A stretch of 45,108 nt of DNA, taken from the IMG/VR virus record IMGVR_UViG_3300012942_000014, positions 1-45,108 of that record; one strand, 5' to 3'. Numbering within the stretch: the first letter of the stretch is position 1; every line of letters starts with the position of its first letter. The translations under genes and the position numbers were made by a program. The stretch comes from a virus. Lineage: Duplodnaviria > Caudoviricetes. The notes below the pieces were generated by a model that ran no database searches, had not been told where the DNA came from, and was given only the letters and a program-made list of their open reading frames with translations. Of the stretch, positions 33,214 to 44,257 are shown piece after piece.

Positions 33214-35198
33214 TGCCAGGAAGTAAGTTCGTTCAACAGGTTCCGATTCCTTCTGGAAGTAATAAACTATCTGGAGAAGTATTAACTGCTCTAGCTGGTT
33301 TAGATATGGTTACGCCTACTGAGAATATGAAGGAGGGCAGGACTCCTGATTCTAAGAACTTCAGACTATACCACGAATCGCAGGCAGGACGCGAGGTAGC
33401 CGTTTCAACACGTAAGGGTCCAGGTTTTTACGTAGAACCGCTCACAGAGGCTCTCAGGGCCTCACAGGACACGTTTACAGGCCATATAGTACTGGGCGCT
33501 GGTAATATACTGGCAGATAGCTTTATAGCTGGTGTAGACGGTAATATAACTAAGCTAGACCTTCACCTACAAACTCTAGATGGTACAGGACCATTACGAG
33601 TAGACCTATACTCAGATAATGATGGTAAGCCAGGAACTAAGCTATCAGAGAGTTCCTTTACTGCCATCCCTACAGAAGGCTGGGTAACGTGTCGATTCCT
33701 TAATGCTATACCAGTAAGCTCAACCACTAAGCTCTGGGTTGTTATCTATCAACAGGATGACTGTACGGGGACATATGGTGTAGGGAATGTCGCTACTGGT
33801 ACTGCACAGTTCTCTAATAGTTCACTTCTAGGGCTAGTAACGCAGACATACGGTTTAGCCTATAAGGTGTACGGTACGACAGGCGCTAAAGATAAGAACG
33901 GATATAGGTTTAATAGAGAGACTGGGGATAATACTACTGTTGTAGTCTTCGGAGATACACTTTACAAGGTTGATGAGACTACCCACACGTATGAGGTAGT
34001 TGTTTCAGGATTAAATGCAGCAGCCACTGAGTATTCTTTTACAAATGCTGACGGTTCTATCTTCTGGGTTAATGGTTATGACCAACTAAAGAGGTGGGAT
34101 GGAACAACTGTAGAGACTATCACAGACTCAGAGCTTCCAATCCTCTCTATGATACTCTTTCATAAGAATATTCTATTCGGAGTATCTGCTACAGACCCCA
34201 ACAAGATTGTCTTCTCAGAGGCTCCTGGTAATCCTACTAACAATCCAGTAGACAAGCAATGGTATCGTGCCTGGCTGTCTGTATCCTTTATCTATGTCCC
34301 ACGGCCTATGAACGGCTCTCCTATTACTGGTTTATTCTCATTCCAGGACTCACTTATTATTATTACTCAGGACAAGAAGTATGTCCTCTCTGGTTCTGAT
34401 AGAGGAAGCTTCTACTTACGAGAGTCTACTGGTTCCAAGGGTGCTATATCCCGTAAGGCAATGACATCAGATGCAAACTATATCTACTTCCTATCAGATG
34501 ATGGGATATATAGATTCAATGGTTCTAAGGATGAAAAGATTTCCACTCTTATTAACCCATTAGTAGAGAAAGTTCCTAGAAAAGAAGATGTAACAATGGT
34601 CGTCTGGAAGAATCAGTTACGTGTTTATATGCCATCTGAATTGTCTCCAGTAAATGATATCTGTGCTATATTAGACTTAGACTTTCAGGAGTGGATGCTA
34701 GATACTAATACTTATGTGAATCGGGCTATCTACTATGGCGATGCTGACGATAAAGGTGAGCTGATTGAGTTTAGCTCTTACAATGGAGCAGCCTATAAGG
34801 CAGAGCAAGACTTCAACTCTCTTGGTGCCCCTATAGACTTTGATTATAGATTAAAGTATAATTCATTCGGAACACCAGCCCAAAGAAAGAAGATTAAAAG
34901 ATTCTTCCCACTTCTACAGGCAGTTGGCTCTACCTTCAATATTACTCACGGAGTAGATATAGATATGGCCGATAGTCCTAGAGAGCAGTTAGGAGAACTA
35001 AAGGTTGGCGGAAATACATTAGGGACATTCCAGTTAGATGGTTCAGTAATGCTATCAGGTAAGATAGCTTTCCAGCCTAAGAAGGTGTCTGTCTCAGGAA
35101 ACGCTCGAACATTCCAATATAGAGTCTCAAGAAATGCTGTAGATAACCAAGTAGCTTTCATGGGAGTACAACTAACATATAAGACTAAGAGGTTATAA
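33213..35198 (+). CDS. Tail nozzle / stabilisation protein (beta-propeller)
   Basis: 661 aa after adaptor; IVFSE, ITGLFSF, IYFLSDDGIYRFNG. Confidence 0.7.
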   Translation: MPGSKFVQQVPIPSGSNKLSGEVLTALAGLDMVTPTENMKEGRTPDSKNFRLYHESQAGREVAVSTRKGPGFYVEPLTEALRASQDTFTGHIVLGAGNILADSFIAGVDGNITKLDLHLQTLDGTGPLRVDLYSDNDGKPGTKLSESSFTAIPTEGWVTCRFLNAIPVSSTTKLWVVIYQQDDCTGTYGVGNVATGTAQFSNSSLLGLVTQTYGLAYKVYGTTGAKDKNGYRFNRETGDNTTVVVFGDTLYKVDETTHTYEVVVSGLNAAATEYSFTNADGSIFWVNGYDQLKRWDGTTVETITDSELPILSMILFHKNILFGVSATDPNKIVFSEAPGNPTNNPVDKQWYRAWLSVSFIYVPRPMNGSPITGLFSFQDSLIIITQDKKYVLSGSDRGSFYLRESTGSKGAISRKAMTSDANYIYFLSDDGIYRFNGSKDEKISTLINPLVEKVPRKEDVTMVVWKNQLRVYMPSELSPVNDICAILDLDFQEWMLDTNTYVNRAIYYGDADDKGELIEFSSYNGAAYKAEQDFNSLGAPIDFDYRLKYNSFGTPAQRKKIKRFFPLLQAVGSTFNITHGVDIDMADSPREQLGELKVGGNTLGTFQLDGSVMLSGKIAFQPKKVSVSGNARTFQYRVSRNAVDNQVAFMGVQLTYKTKRL

Positions 35199-35199
35199 C

Positions 35200-35799
35200 A
35201 TGGCACAGGTTAATATAACACCATTTACAAATACAGACACAGCTACAGCAGATGCCTTTAACCAGAGATTTGCTGCTATTACACAGGTTCTTAATAAGGG
35301 TATAGATTCAGATAATATAAAGGATGGCGCAATCACGGCAGCCCTTCTAGCCAATGATATGCTTAATAAGACATATCCAGTGGGAAGTATCTACATGAAT
35401 GCTTCAGTTGATACTGACCCAGCTGTTCTACTAGGATTCGGTACCTGGACTAAGTATGCTCCTGGTAGAGTTCTTGTAGGCTTTGATGGAGGCCAGACTG
35501 AGTTCAACGCAGTAGAGAAGACCGGCGGTCATAAGGACATGCAGGCCCACACCCACACTGGCACAACAAGCACTAGCGGTAGTCACACGCACGGCTTTAA
35601 CCAAGATGTTGCCTACACAGATAACTCAGCTAGAAGAACGAGTGCATCTGGTAGTCTACAGGCTTATGGATTCGGCAGCCTTGCTATGTCAGCAGCAGGT
35701 AATCACAACCACACATTCACGACAGATACTGCAGGTGACGGTGACTCTGGCAATCTACAACCATACCTAACAGTGTACATCTGGAAACGGACAGCCTAG
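35200..35799 (+). CDS. Short tail fibre / baseplate gp10-C-like protein
   Basis: YPVGSIY...P..LLGFGTW...GRVLVG, HxH repeats, NLQPYLTVYIWKRTA. Confidence 0.8.
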   Translation: MAQVNITPFTNTDTATADAFNQRFAAITQVLNKGIDSDNIKDGAITAALLANDMLNKTYPVGSIYMNASVDTDPAVLLGFGTWTKYAPGRVLVGFDGGQTEFNAVEKTGGHKDMQAHTHTGTTSTSGSHTHGFNQDVAYTDNSARRTSASGSLQAYGFGSLAMSAAGNHNHTFTTDTAGDGDSGNLQPYLTVYIWKRTA

Positions 35800-36023
35800 T
35801 GGCGAAGTTCTCGCCTATTGAGCTACAGCCTGGGGCGGATATGAATCTGCTTATTCAGGCTGTTAATGATAACTTCAGACAGGTAGCTTCTAGTAATAGG
35901 ACAGACATTATTACCGACGAGAATGGCGACCAGAGAATACTTCTAGGTAAGCAGCCAAATGGCGAATATGGTTTATATATTACTAAGCCAGGAAAAGATG
36001 TACTAACTGAACTGGGGTACTAA
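35799..36023 (+). CDS. Tail-associated hypothetical protein
   Basis: Coupled ORF; RILLG...YGLYITKPG. Confidence 0.6.
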   Translation: MAKFSPIELQPGADMNLLIQAVNDNFRQVASSNRTDIITDENGDQRILLGKQPNGEYGLYITKPGKDVLTELGY

Positions 36024-36649
36024 TGGTAGACCTCAGAAACTTTCTATTCCACTCTGACTATCCCATGGATAAGGTGGTTGGTATTAAACAAGGTGGTCCC
36101 ATCACTGTGGATTCGTATGATGGTGGTAGCGCTTCATTTGCCCATGGACTCCCAGAAGCTCCTTTATGTATCTTACTCTGGTCAACAGCTTCGGACTTCA
36201 GTTCAACGAGAGACGGAGGTGAACAAGATTATAGGTATGATATACCCTATCTAACTGCATCATCAGACGGTACAAATGTGTCAATAAATGTCACGAATAA
36301 TACCGGCAGTGCAGCATCAGTATATTGGAGGGTTATTATGCTTCCGCAACCCAATACGACTGCGGACTATGATATCCCTACCACAGCTAATCCATTTATC
36401 CTCAATACAGACCTCAACTACTTCAAGTGTATAGGAGAGGGCTCAACTACTGGGGCATCAGTTCCGCATACTCTAGGGTATAGACCGCACGTTTTAGCTT
36501 GGTATCAAGACTCATATGGGATACATCCATTAACTTCGCCGATACTATTCTCTACAAATTCTCCACGGGTGAGAGTGGAGAATGATGGCCTTTACTTTAA
36601 TATGGGCTCCGCCACTAAGATATTCTATAGGATGTATGCTGATGGTTAA
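36023..36649 (+). CDS. Tail-associated protein with internal duplication
   Basis: FLFHSDY / FILNTDL and H.L...P repeats. Confidence 0.65.
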   Translation: MVDLRNFLFHSDYPMDKVVGIKQGGPITVDSYDGGSASFAHGLPEAPLCILLWSTASDFSSTRDGGEQDYRYDIPYLTASSDGTNVSINVTNNTGSAASVYWRVIMLPQPNTTADYDIPTTANPFILNTDLNYFKCIGEGSTTGASVPHTLGYRPHVLAWYQDSYGIHPLTSPILFSTNSPRVRVENDGLYFNMGSATKIFYRMYADG

Positions 36650-37052
36650 GATAGGAAACTTTACAGTACATAGTGACTTCCCTTCACTGGCTAATGATGG
36701 GAATGTGACAATGAGTGTTACTATCCCTAATGGCTGGGTAGCTCCCTTTACGGCTGGCCATACGTACGTTACTAAAGATTACGCAGTAGGTTCAACTAAC
36801 TCGTCCATAAGAGCTAGAATCACTGTTGATGGCACTAACTGGTATGTAGGAACTTCGGCATCCTTTTATAAGACAGTACGGTTTGTAGATGGAAGCACAT
36901 TCAGTGCACCGTTCTTTGTAAGCATCTATAGAACGAGCCCAACTAATATACGGCTAGAGGCTGGATTATACAATCAATTCGGTGATAATGTTACGTCAAC
37001 AAGCGACACAACCATAACAGCACAGGTGGCTACCTTTAAGACACCCTTTTAG
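36582..37052 (+). CDS. Tail-associated protein
   Basis: NFTVHSDF motif shared with preceding gene; likely start 36642. Confidence 0.6.
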   Translation: MMAFTLIWAPPLRYSIGCMLMVKIGNFTVHSDFPSLANDGNVTMSVTIPNGWVAPFTAGHTYVTKDYAVGSTNSSIRARITVDGTNWYVGTSASFYKTVRFVDGSTFSAPFFVSIYRTSPTNIRLEAGLYNQFGDNVTSTSDTTITAQVATFKTPF

Positions 37053-37107
37053 TTGACCTATTGATATGGATATGATATAGTAACCTGGAATACATAGAGG
37101 AATTTAA

Positions 37108-37791
37108 ATGGACCCTAATCAAGCGCCAAAAGTACAAAGTATAGAAGATATTATCAACTCTCAGGCACCGGCCTATCAGAGTAGTATAGATGTAGTTAAT
37201 AAACAACTAAACCAGTTACCTGGTCAATTTGATGCACAGAAACAAGCCCTAGACGCTAAGAAGGTCCAGGGATTTAATGATATTAACACCCAGGCCAATG
37301 GAAGAGGACTAGCCTTCTCTGGTATCCCATTAGACGAACAGGCTAACTATCTCTCTACACAGTATCTTCCTGGTATGCAGCAGCTTACTCAGCAGCAGAA
37401 TGACCAGACTCTACAACTAGACCAGGCACTAGCTTCTATAGATAAAGAGCGAAGATTAGGCGCTCTCTCTACTCAACAGTCGCAACAACAGTCTCTAGAG
37501 GATTATCTATCACAGCAGAGACAGTTCCAGCAACAGATGCAGCTACAACAGGCTCAGGCAGCTAATGAGAGGGCTAATGCGGCTTACTCAGCTAGCCTAC
37601 AGCAAAACGATACTCCTACTCCAGCGCAGGCAATCGCTGATTGGGCAACCAATATATCAGGGAATGGTAACTCTAACTACCAACACAACTACTCTTGGGA
37701 GAACTCTGGTATTGGAGCCCAACTATTAGCTAACTATGGTCTAACTCCTCAGCAGTCATATGCACTACGTAAGCAAGTCCTAGGATACTAG
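37108..37791 (+). CDS. Gln-rich internal virion / DNA ejection protein
   Basis: RGLAFSG motif, Q-rich helix; promoter TTGACC-17-TATAGT at 37053-37081. Confidence 0.6.
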   Translation: MDPNQAPKVQSIEDIINSQAPAYQSSIDVVNKQLNQLPGQFDAQKQALDAKKVQGFNDINTQANGRGLAFSGIPLDEQANYLSTQYLPGMQQLTQQQNDQTLQLDQALASIDKERRLGALSTQQSQQQSLEDYLSQQRQFQQQMQLQQAQAANERANAAYSASLQQNDTPTPAQAIADWATNISGNGNSNYQHNYSWENSGIGAQLLANYGLTPQQSYALRKQVLGY

Positions 37792-37799
37792 GAGGCTTC

Positions 37800-40700
37800 A
37801 TGGATTATAAGGATTTAAATAGCCGTAAGTTCATCGGGGGCTACAATGTCTATAAGGCTCTAAACGCTAAGAGTCCTTATGCCTCGTGGTATAGTGGACC
37901 TTCCCAGGAAGAACTAGACAAGATAGACGCAGCACAACGGGCTGCTGCTGAAAAAGACCAGCAAGACAAGAAGAAAAAGGACCACAATGGATTCTGGGAC
38001 AACGTAACTGACGCTATAGGTGGTGGTGCCTCTGGTGTTGTTAACGCTGGCGCCGAGATTCTTAATTACCTAGGTTCTGGTGGAGATAGGCAGGAAAGTC
38101 TCAAGAGAACCGCAGACTTTATGCGGACATCAGGAGCCCAAGGTTGGGGAGACAAAGATACTACAGTTGGTAATGTTGTTGGTGGTATTGTCGGAGGTAT
38201 CCCAGAAGCAGTAGTTCACAGTGGACTAAATACGATAAATGATGTTAGAGCTAGTGCTAATAATGCTATCCAGCACTCAGAGTTCCAGTCACTAATACAG
38301 GCTCAGCAAAACTGGCGAGACAATCCTCAGTTAATGGCTAAGACGCTCAAGAACGGTCAAACGGCACAACAGGCACAGGCAGAGCTAGCCGATAAGATTA
38401 AGAACTTCAAGTTTAATAAGGATGACCAGGAGTGGGTCCAGAATAGAAGTCCATTAGAAGCAGCGGGTGACGCTGCAATGACATTCCTGAACGCTGCTAC
38501 TCTTGGAGGTACAGGTGCAGTACTTAAGGGCGGTGAAGTAGCTGGCAAAGCACTAGTAGGTGCAGCGGAGCGGACTGGTAGTGATATACTTACCAATACC
38601 GCTAAGGGACTTGCAACAAGCAATATTCCTAGAAAGATTATAGCTGACACACTACTTACAACAGGACAGGTAGGCGCTCAGTCGGCAGGTGAAGGTGAGG
38701 CCCCTACGGCTCAGGATGTCGGTATTGGTGCAGCCCTAGCAATTCTAGCTCACGGTAAGGCCGGTCTAATAGAGCATGCTAATAAGAGGATACAGGCGAA
38801 AGCCGATGCACTTAAAGCTAAGAGCGATACTCTAACCGGTAATGCTACTGAAGGCGTTAAATCGGCTGAGGAACAACTAGCCCAACTAGATAGCAACGAG
38901 CAAAAGCTCAATGCCAATGACCCACAATATCTAAAAGATAATGGGCTAATTGATGAAGAAGCCGGTAAGAATAAGGCTGCTGAGATTATGCAAGACCCAG
39001 CTTTTGTTCAGAAGCAACAGGAAGCTACTAAAGCAGTTCAGGATGCTAATAAGCAACTAGACTATTACAACGCTATAGAGGCTAACTCACCATACCATAG
39101 GCAGGTTAATGCAGCGGAGCAACAGCGTCAGGCTGACATAGATAGAATTGAACAAATGGCTAAAGACCCACAGGTAGAAACTTCTCCTGAGGGTGTTCAG
39201 GCTGCCCTAGAGGACGTTAATAACAAGTACAAGGAAACTGTAGCCCAGTTAGATGAGAAGTATCCAGAAGATGCTATGCAGCGTCCTGTACTACAGCAGA
39301 CGAAAGAACAAGTCACTCAAGCTAAACTAGACGCTCAAGACAATCTAGATAGAATGACCAAGGAGCAGTATGGCAGAGCTTACCAAGAGTCACAAGCTCT
39401 TGAAGGTACCCCAGACCCAGAAAAGGTCAAAGCTCACCTAGAGCAAATCAACCAGCAGAGACAGAAGTTAAATACTGCTAGAGAGCATGCTGAAACAGTA
39501 GCTAATACTGTTAATAAGTCTGAAGCTGATGTAGATAAAGAAATAGCTACCGTAGAAGACGGTACACACCCTGAAGTACAGGGTGGAAGTAAGACGGCAG
39601 TAGAGAACAGGCTTCTATCAGAGAAGTCAGACTTCAAGTCTGCTGAACTAGTATCAAAAGACCCTAAAGAAGTTACTCCTACTGAACACCAAGAGCAGGG
39701 AGAAGATATCGTAGCTAGGGCAGATGCTATAGAGGTCCCTAATGATAGGAAACCACTTCTTCTTAATATGCTTGAGCTTACTTCTGAGTATATGAGATAC
39801 AGGGGGCTTAACAAGTTAGCTGACCTATATGATGACTCAGTAAGAAATACTAATAAGGCCAACTACCATGATGCCAATGAAATCAAGAAGATGCAGAAGC
39901 TTGCCAAAGGCATTAAGAGTAAGTCACTCTTCAAAGCAGCTGATGGCGACAGAGAGGCTTACGCTAAACTATCTTCTGCTGGTAAGGACATTATAGACTG
40001 GTGGAGGGGTAAGGCTAAAGAATGGGGTAAGCAATTAGGGCTAGCTGATGAAGTATTAAATAGACCATACATCCCTCACATCATGGGTAACTCAGTTAAA
40101 GTCCCAAGACTTATCCAGTTCTCAAATGAGATTAAGGATATTAACGCTAAGATTGCTTCTGGTGAAGGTGATACACATAGTCTATACAGGCAGAGAGCTG
40201 CCGTCCTCGATAAGATGGACAAAGCTATGGGCTATCAAAAGGAAGAATACAGAAGTGTATCTGGTAAGGTAGAGGATAGATTCCTTAAAGAGCGTAAGGG
40301 TGCTGAAGGATATAAGGAAGATTTCTGGCTTGCTGTTCACGCCTATTCTAGAGCTAAGAACACTAAACTCTACATGGAGGATGCTGTTCATGATATGGCT
40401 CAGATTGCCAACAATACAGCAGATAAGGGTGTTAAGGATTGGCTTGAAAATCGTATCAATAACGTTAAGGGTGGTAAAGCTGGAGCAGATAAAGCTTTAA
40501 GTAACTTTATGTCTGACCAAATGGGCATTGATAGTAATAAAGCAGAGCGTTCACTAGTACAGGCTAGACGACTAATGTCACTAGCTAAGATTGGTTACAG
40601 TGTTAACTCAGTTATTAACTCGTCTATGCAGTTAGCCACCATTCCAGGTGTTATCAACGCAGATGGCGCAGTCGTGGGATTTGTAAGGGCACATAAGCTT

Positions 40701-41999
40701 CTTACTAAACTTGCAGCTGGTGCTGCCACCGATGAGGAAAGAGCCCTCTGGAGAAAGATGCACGAGGAAGGTATCTTTGAGGGTGACTCTCAACTTCTTC
40801 CAGATACAGCCCTCACTAAGATAGGCCATATTATTGACACCACAGCCTTTGCTGGTATTAAGGGTGCTGACCGTTATATGCGGGTTGTAACGTACCTAGG
40901 TGCACAGCATAAGGGTATGCAGATGGGGCTTAAGGGAGTAGACCTAGATAGATTCTCTTGGAGAATGACTAACAAGGCTAACCAGAACTTCTCTAAGCTA
41001 GTAGCCCCTAAAGCATTTGAATCACAAGTATCAAAGAACCTCTGGTCAATGATGACCTTCCTACCTGGTACTGTAGTACGAGCAGGAGAAGTTGGCCTAG
41101 GTGGATTAAAGGGAGTTAAAGACCTGACTGTTATCGGTCACTCTAAGCTTACTGGTAAGGCAGTAACCGCAGGAGACTATAGACAGGCTCTAGATAGTGT
41201 ATCTAAGGCTCTCTTTATGGGACTCTCTATGTGGGGAATGAGTGCTCTGATTGGGAACATTACTGGTAACGGTGAAGTGGTTCCTAACCCTCTAAGCAAG
41301 GAATCTTGGCAGACCCCAGCAACAAGCTTCATCTTCGGTTCTGGTTCTCAGACTGGGGTAATGGGACTATTTGCAAGTAATGAGGATAATCTTACGAGGG
41401 ACGATAACGGTAATATAGTCAATAAGGACTTGTCTGATAGACAGAAGCAGTTCTTATTCCAGACACTACCTTCATTCCTAATCCCAGGATATGCTCAGGC
41501 TAGTCGTTCACTTACTGGGTACAACGAGAGTAAGCAGGGGTACGGAGCAAATGCTACTGGTAAGGTACAGTTTGTTAATGACCCAAGCCAGGACCTTAAA
41601 CGAACTATCTTCGGTAAGTATTCTACAACTGAGGGACAGAACTATGTTAATGGACTTTCTACTCCAGAGGGTGGACCACTTACTGCTAATGACAGTGCAA
41701 CCTTTAAGGGCGCTCCTAAGGCATTACGTAATCAGTATTATGACTTCTTTAAGTCAGCTGAGAATAAAGGCGATAGGGCAGGTGCCAACTCTGAGATATC
41801 TAGCCTATACAAGCAGGGTAAGGTACAGCAGGCTCGTAGAAAAGCTGCTGAGTGGAATGCCAAGATGGATGCCCTTATGGCTCCATTCTACGAGAAGTAT
41901 AAATTTATAGACCCTGACCTACAGAAGAAACTAAACAGTGGTCTCTATATTAACATCACTCCACGTGGTGAGAAGCAGAGAGAAAATAGTGGTAGCTAG
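37800..41999 (+). CDS. Large internal virion / DNA ejection protein (1399 aa)
   Basis: Podovirus position before lysis genes; helical, Ala/Gly-rich segments. Confidence 0.65.
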   Translation: MDYKDLNSRKFIGGYNVYKALNAKSPYASWYSGPSQEELDKIDAAQRAAAEKDQQDKKKKDHNGFWDNVTDAIGGGASGVVNAGAEILNYLGSGGDRQESLKRTADFMRTSGAQGWGDKDTTVGNVVGGIVGGIPEAVVHSGLNTINDVRASANNAIQHSEFQSLIQAQQNWRDNPQLMAKTLKNGQTAQQAQAELADKIKNFKFNKDDQEWVQNRSPLEAAGDAAMTFLNAATLGGTGAVLKGGEVAGKALVGAAERTGSDILTNTAKGLATSNIPRKIIADTLLTTGQVGAQSAGEGEAPTAQDVGIGAALAILAHGKAGLIEHANKRIQAKADALKAKSDTLTGNATEGVKSAEEQLAQLDSNEQKLNANDPQYLKDNGLIDEEAGKNKAAEIMQDPAFVQKQQEATKAVQDANKQLDYYNAIEANSPYHRQVNAAEQQRQADIDRIEQMAKDPQVETSPEGVQAALEDVNNKYKETVAQLDEKYPEDAMQRPVLQQTKEQVTQAKLDAQDNLDRMTKEQYGRAYQESQALEGTPDPEKVKAHLEQINQQRQKLNTAREHAETVANTVNKSEADVDKEIATVEDGTHPEVQGGSKTAVENRLLSEKSDFKSAELVSKDPKEVTPTEHQEQGEDIVARADAIEVPNDRKPLLLNMLELTSEYMRYRGLNKLADLYDDSVRNTNKANYHDANEIKKMQKLAKGIKSKSLFKAADGDREAYAKLSSAGKDIIDWWRGKAKEWGKQLGLADEVLNRPYIPHIMGNSVKVPRLIQFSNEIKDINAKIASGEGDTHSLYRQRAAVLDKMDKAMGYQKEEYRSVSGKVEDRFLKERKGAEGYKEDFWLAVHAYSRAKNTKLYMEDAVHDMAQIANNTADKGVKDWLENRINNVKGGKAGADKALSNFMSDQMGIDSNKAERSLVQARRLMSLAKIGYSVNSVINSSMQLATIPGVINADGAVVGFVRAHKLLTKLAAGAATDEERALWRKMHEEGIFEGDSQLLPDTALTKIGHIIDTTAFAGIKGADRYMRVVTYLGAQHKGMQMGLKGVDLDRFSWRMTNKANQNFSKLVAPKAFESQVSKNLWSMMTFLPGTVVRAGEVGLGGLKGVKDLTVIGHSKLTGKAVTAGDYRQALDSVSKALFMGLSMWGMSALIGNITGNGEVVPNPLSKESWQTPATSFIFGSGSQTGVMGLFASNEDNLTRDDNGNIVNKDLSDRQKQFLFQTLPSFLIPGYAQASRSLTGYNESKQGYGANATGKVQFVNDPSQDLKRTIFGKYSTTEGQNYVNGLSTPEGGPLTANDSATFKGAPKALRNQYYDFFKSAENKGDRAGANSEISSLYKQGKVQQARRKAAEWNAKMDALMAPFYEKYKFIDPDLQKKLNSGLYINITPRGEKQRENSGS

Positions 42000-42339
42000 C
42001 AAAGACACAAAACTAGAAACGGCCGTTGCGGTAATGCAGCGTGATATAGAATACCTTAAAATAGCTTCAGATGAACAGAAGAAGACATCTGGTGCCATTC
42101 TACATAAGATAGAAACTCTATCATTCGTTACTACAAAGGACTACCTCAGAGATATGAAGGCTCTTACGGCAGAGATTGCCCAGCTGAGACAGGATTTTGA
42201 GGAGTTCAAGCGAGAGTATGACGAGAGCAAGCCTGGAATACGGTTTTCCAATATACTAGAGAATAAGTTTACAACATTTATAGCCGGAGCAATGCTGGCA
42301 GCAACAGTATACTTCCTATTCATAAGGAGTTGGCAATGA
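41938..42339 (+). CDS. Coiled-coil protein with C-terminal TM (lysis module)
   Basis: C-terminal FIAGAMLAATVYFLFI. Confidence 0.55.
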   Translation: MVSILTSLHVVRSREKIVVASKDTKLETAVAVMQRDIEYLKIASDEQKKTSGAILHKIETLSFVTTKDYLRDMKALTAEIAQLRQDFEEFKREYDESKPGIRFSNILENKFTTFIAGAMLAATVYFLFIRSWQ

Positions 42340-42986
42340 TAAAACGGACCATTAGGGGTATAAATACTGCGCTACTTGTATTACTCATAGGACTTCTATC
42401 CTGGGGACTATTCGGTCCCGTAGATGTCCTTACTAACTGGACTATCACAGTTCCTGATAAGGTATATGTTGGCAAGCAGTTTAATGTAGAGTCTAAACTA
42501 GATAAAGTTAAACCAGTAGTAGGGCACTCTTATAGAGCGGTAGAGTGCCAGAATAAAGACGGCAACCCAGTAAGCTATCCATTAAATGGAGCTCTAGCTA
42601 ATAGAGACCCAGAAGAAAGTGGAACTCATACCTACTCAGTGATGATAGATAATATAGTGCCAGACTTACCAGCTAGCTGTGTATATACTGTTAATGTTTG
42701 TTATAATATAAACTTCCTAAGGAACTTCTGTGAGTTCAACCATTCTAATAGGTTTACACTATATCCAAAAGAAGTGTCTGTAGAATCCACTCCAGCGCCC
42801 GTTCAGTCAACCCCTACACCAACTAAGAGCGAACCACAGCAAACAACCACTAACAATAATAGCTCTGTGAGCTCACCAGAGCCCGTACAAGACACGATAC
42901 AGTACAAAGACGTATGTGAACCCATTATTGACTTATTAGGCATAAAAATAGGTAGTGTCGACTGCCATCAAGAACAGGTATCTTGA
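42330..42986 (+). CDS. Membrane-anchored extracytoplasmic protein
   Basis: N-terminal TM, Cys pairs, P/T-rich linker. Confidence 0.6.
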   Translation: MAMIKRTIRGINTALLVLLIGLLSWGLFGPVDVLTNWTITVPDKVYVGKQFNVESKLDKVKPVVGHSYRAVECQNKDGNPVSYPLNGALANRDPEESGTHTYSVMIDNIVPDLPASCVYTVNVCYNINFLRNFCEFNHSNRFTLYPKEVSVESTPAPVQSTPTPTKSEPQQTTTNNNSSVSSPEPVQDTIQYKDVCEPIIDLLGIKIGSVDCHQEQVS

Positions 42987-43020
42987 CAGACCCACAAATA
43001 AAGGTTAGAATAGATTAGAT

Positions 43021-43905
43021 ATGGCATATACTTACGAGACACAGTACGACAGTCCTAACTACACAGCTCAGGCGAGTTCACCAGCAGTGTTCGGATATAA
43101 CCGGACTATTGAGGGTATTACAATTCACTGGTGGGGAGGCCCTAATACAAACCCTTCGTATGAGGGCGTGAGAAGCTTCCTGTGCCGTTCTGGAGGCAAT
43201 ACTAGTGCTCACTACGTTGCAACTGGTACAAATCGAAGAGTGTCTTGTATTGTAGCTCCTATGGACGTAGCCTGGCACTCAGGCTCAGCCTATGGTAATG
43301 CTAAGACTATTGGTATTGAGTGTGACCCAAGAGCTAGAGACGAGGACTATGATGTAGTCTCTGAGCTGATTGCAGACATCAGAAGTGCTTATGGTGATGT
43401 GCCTCTTTACTCACACAATATGTGGATTTCAACAACTTGCCCAGGAGTATACGATATTAACAGATTAGACCAGATGAGTTATACAAAAGTTTCACACGAT
43501 AAATGGGGAGATGTTACAGACAAGTCAGCTCCTACCCCAACTCCAGCGCCATCTCAGCCAGCTCCAACTGCTCCTGTAGAGACACTTCTTTATAAGGTGG
43601 TAAAGGCTGGTAAGCAGCTTGGTGCCTTCGCTAAGGATATCAATGCCTGGAACCTCTTCACTAATGAGGGAGCGGATAAGATTACTGCTAACGGTGCAGA
43701 TGTCACTGAATCATTAAGAGCCAAGTTCACTACTCCATCACCTACCACAAAAGACCCAGATGGAAGCACTCAGGCAGATTCTGGTAAGCCAGTTGCCGAG
43801 AAGGACGACTACACTGAAGTAGTAAAAGATAACAACAATCTTCTAAAGACTATACTATCTATGCTACAATCATTAGTAGACGCATTTAAGAAAATATTTA
43901 AGTAG
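43021..43905 (+). CDS. Endolysin, N-acetylmuramoyl-L-alanine amidase (Amidase_2)
   Basis: ITIHWWG, SAHYV, AWHSG, IGIEC, HN...TTCPG; promoter TTGACA-17-TAGAAT at 42983-43011. Confidence 0.9.
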   Translation: MAYTYETQYDSPNYTAQASSPAVFGYNRTIEGITIHWWGGPNTNPSYEGVRSFLCRSGGNTSAHYVATGTNRRVSCIVAPMDVAWHSGSAYGNAKTIGIECDPRARDEDYDVVSELIADIRSAYGDVPLYSHNMWISTTCPGVYDINRLDQMSYTKVSHDKWGDVTDKSAPTPTPAPSQPAPTAPVETLLYKVVKAGKQLGAFAKDINAWNLFTNEGADKITANGADVTESLRAKFTTPSPTTKDPDGSTQADSGKPVAEKDDYTEVVKDNNNLLKTILSMLQSLVDAFKKIFK

Positions 43906-43915
43906 GAAAAACACT

Positions 43916-44104
43916 ATGCAAGTAACTATCCCATCAAAAGTAAGAGCTGGAATCTATGTCGCTACTGTTCTTGTAACAGCAGTCATTGTTCCCATGTATG
44001 CAGCTCATGTTGTGTCTGACCTAGTATTCGCTATCTGGACCAGTGTATCTGGTGCCGTAGCAGGACTAGCTGGACTTAACGTAACACCAGACAAGGAGGT
44101 GTAA
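43916..44104 (+). CDS. Holin
   Basis: Two TM helices, VRAGIY...LAGLNV, after endolysin. Confidence 0.75.
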   Translation: MQVTIPSKVRAGIYVATVLVTAVIVPMYAAHVVSDLVFAIWTSVSGAVAGLAGLNVTPDKEV

Positions 44105-44247
44105 TGAACTTACTATTCGGACTAATTGCAGGAGTACTAGGATACTGTGTATCACTGCTAGTATTTAATAACGTCATCTCTGTCCTTATCGGACTACTGA
44201 TTGGTCTAGTTGTGGCCTTTGGCTCAGATAGATTCGTTAGAAGATAA
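44104..44247 (+). CDS. 47-aa two-TM protein (second holin/antiholin-like)
   Basis: MNLLFGLIAGVLGYCVSLLV...; AAGGAGG RBS, TAATG coupling. Confidence 0.6.
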   Translation: MNLLFGLIAGVLGYCVSLLVFNNVISVLIGLLIGLVVAFGSDRFVRR

Positions 44248-44257
44248 AAGAAATAAG

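Noticed and set aside
38357-41910. Antisense and alternate-frame ORFs within the 1399-aa gene (likewise within TerL, portal and amidoligase)
   Set aside because: Shadow ORFs without RBS or protein-like composition
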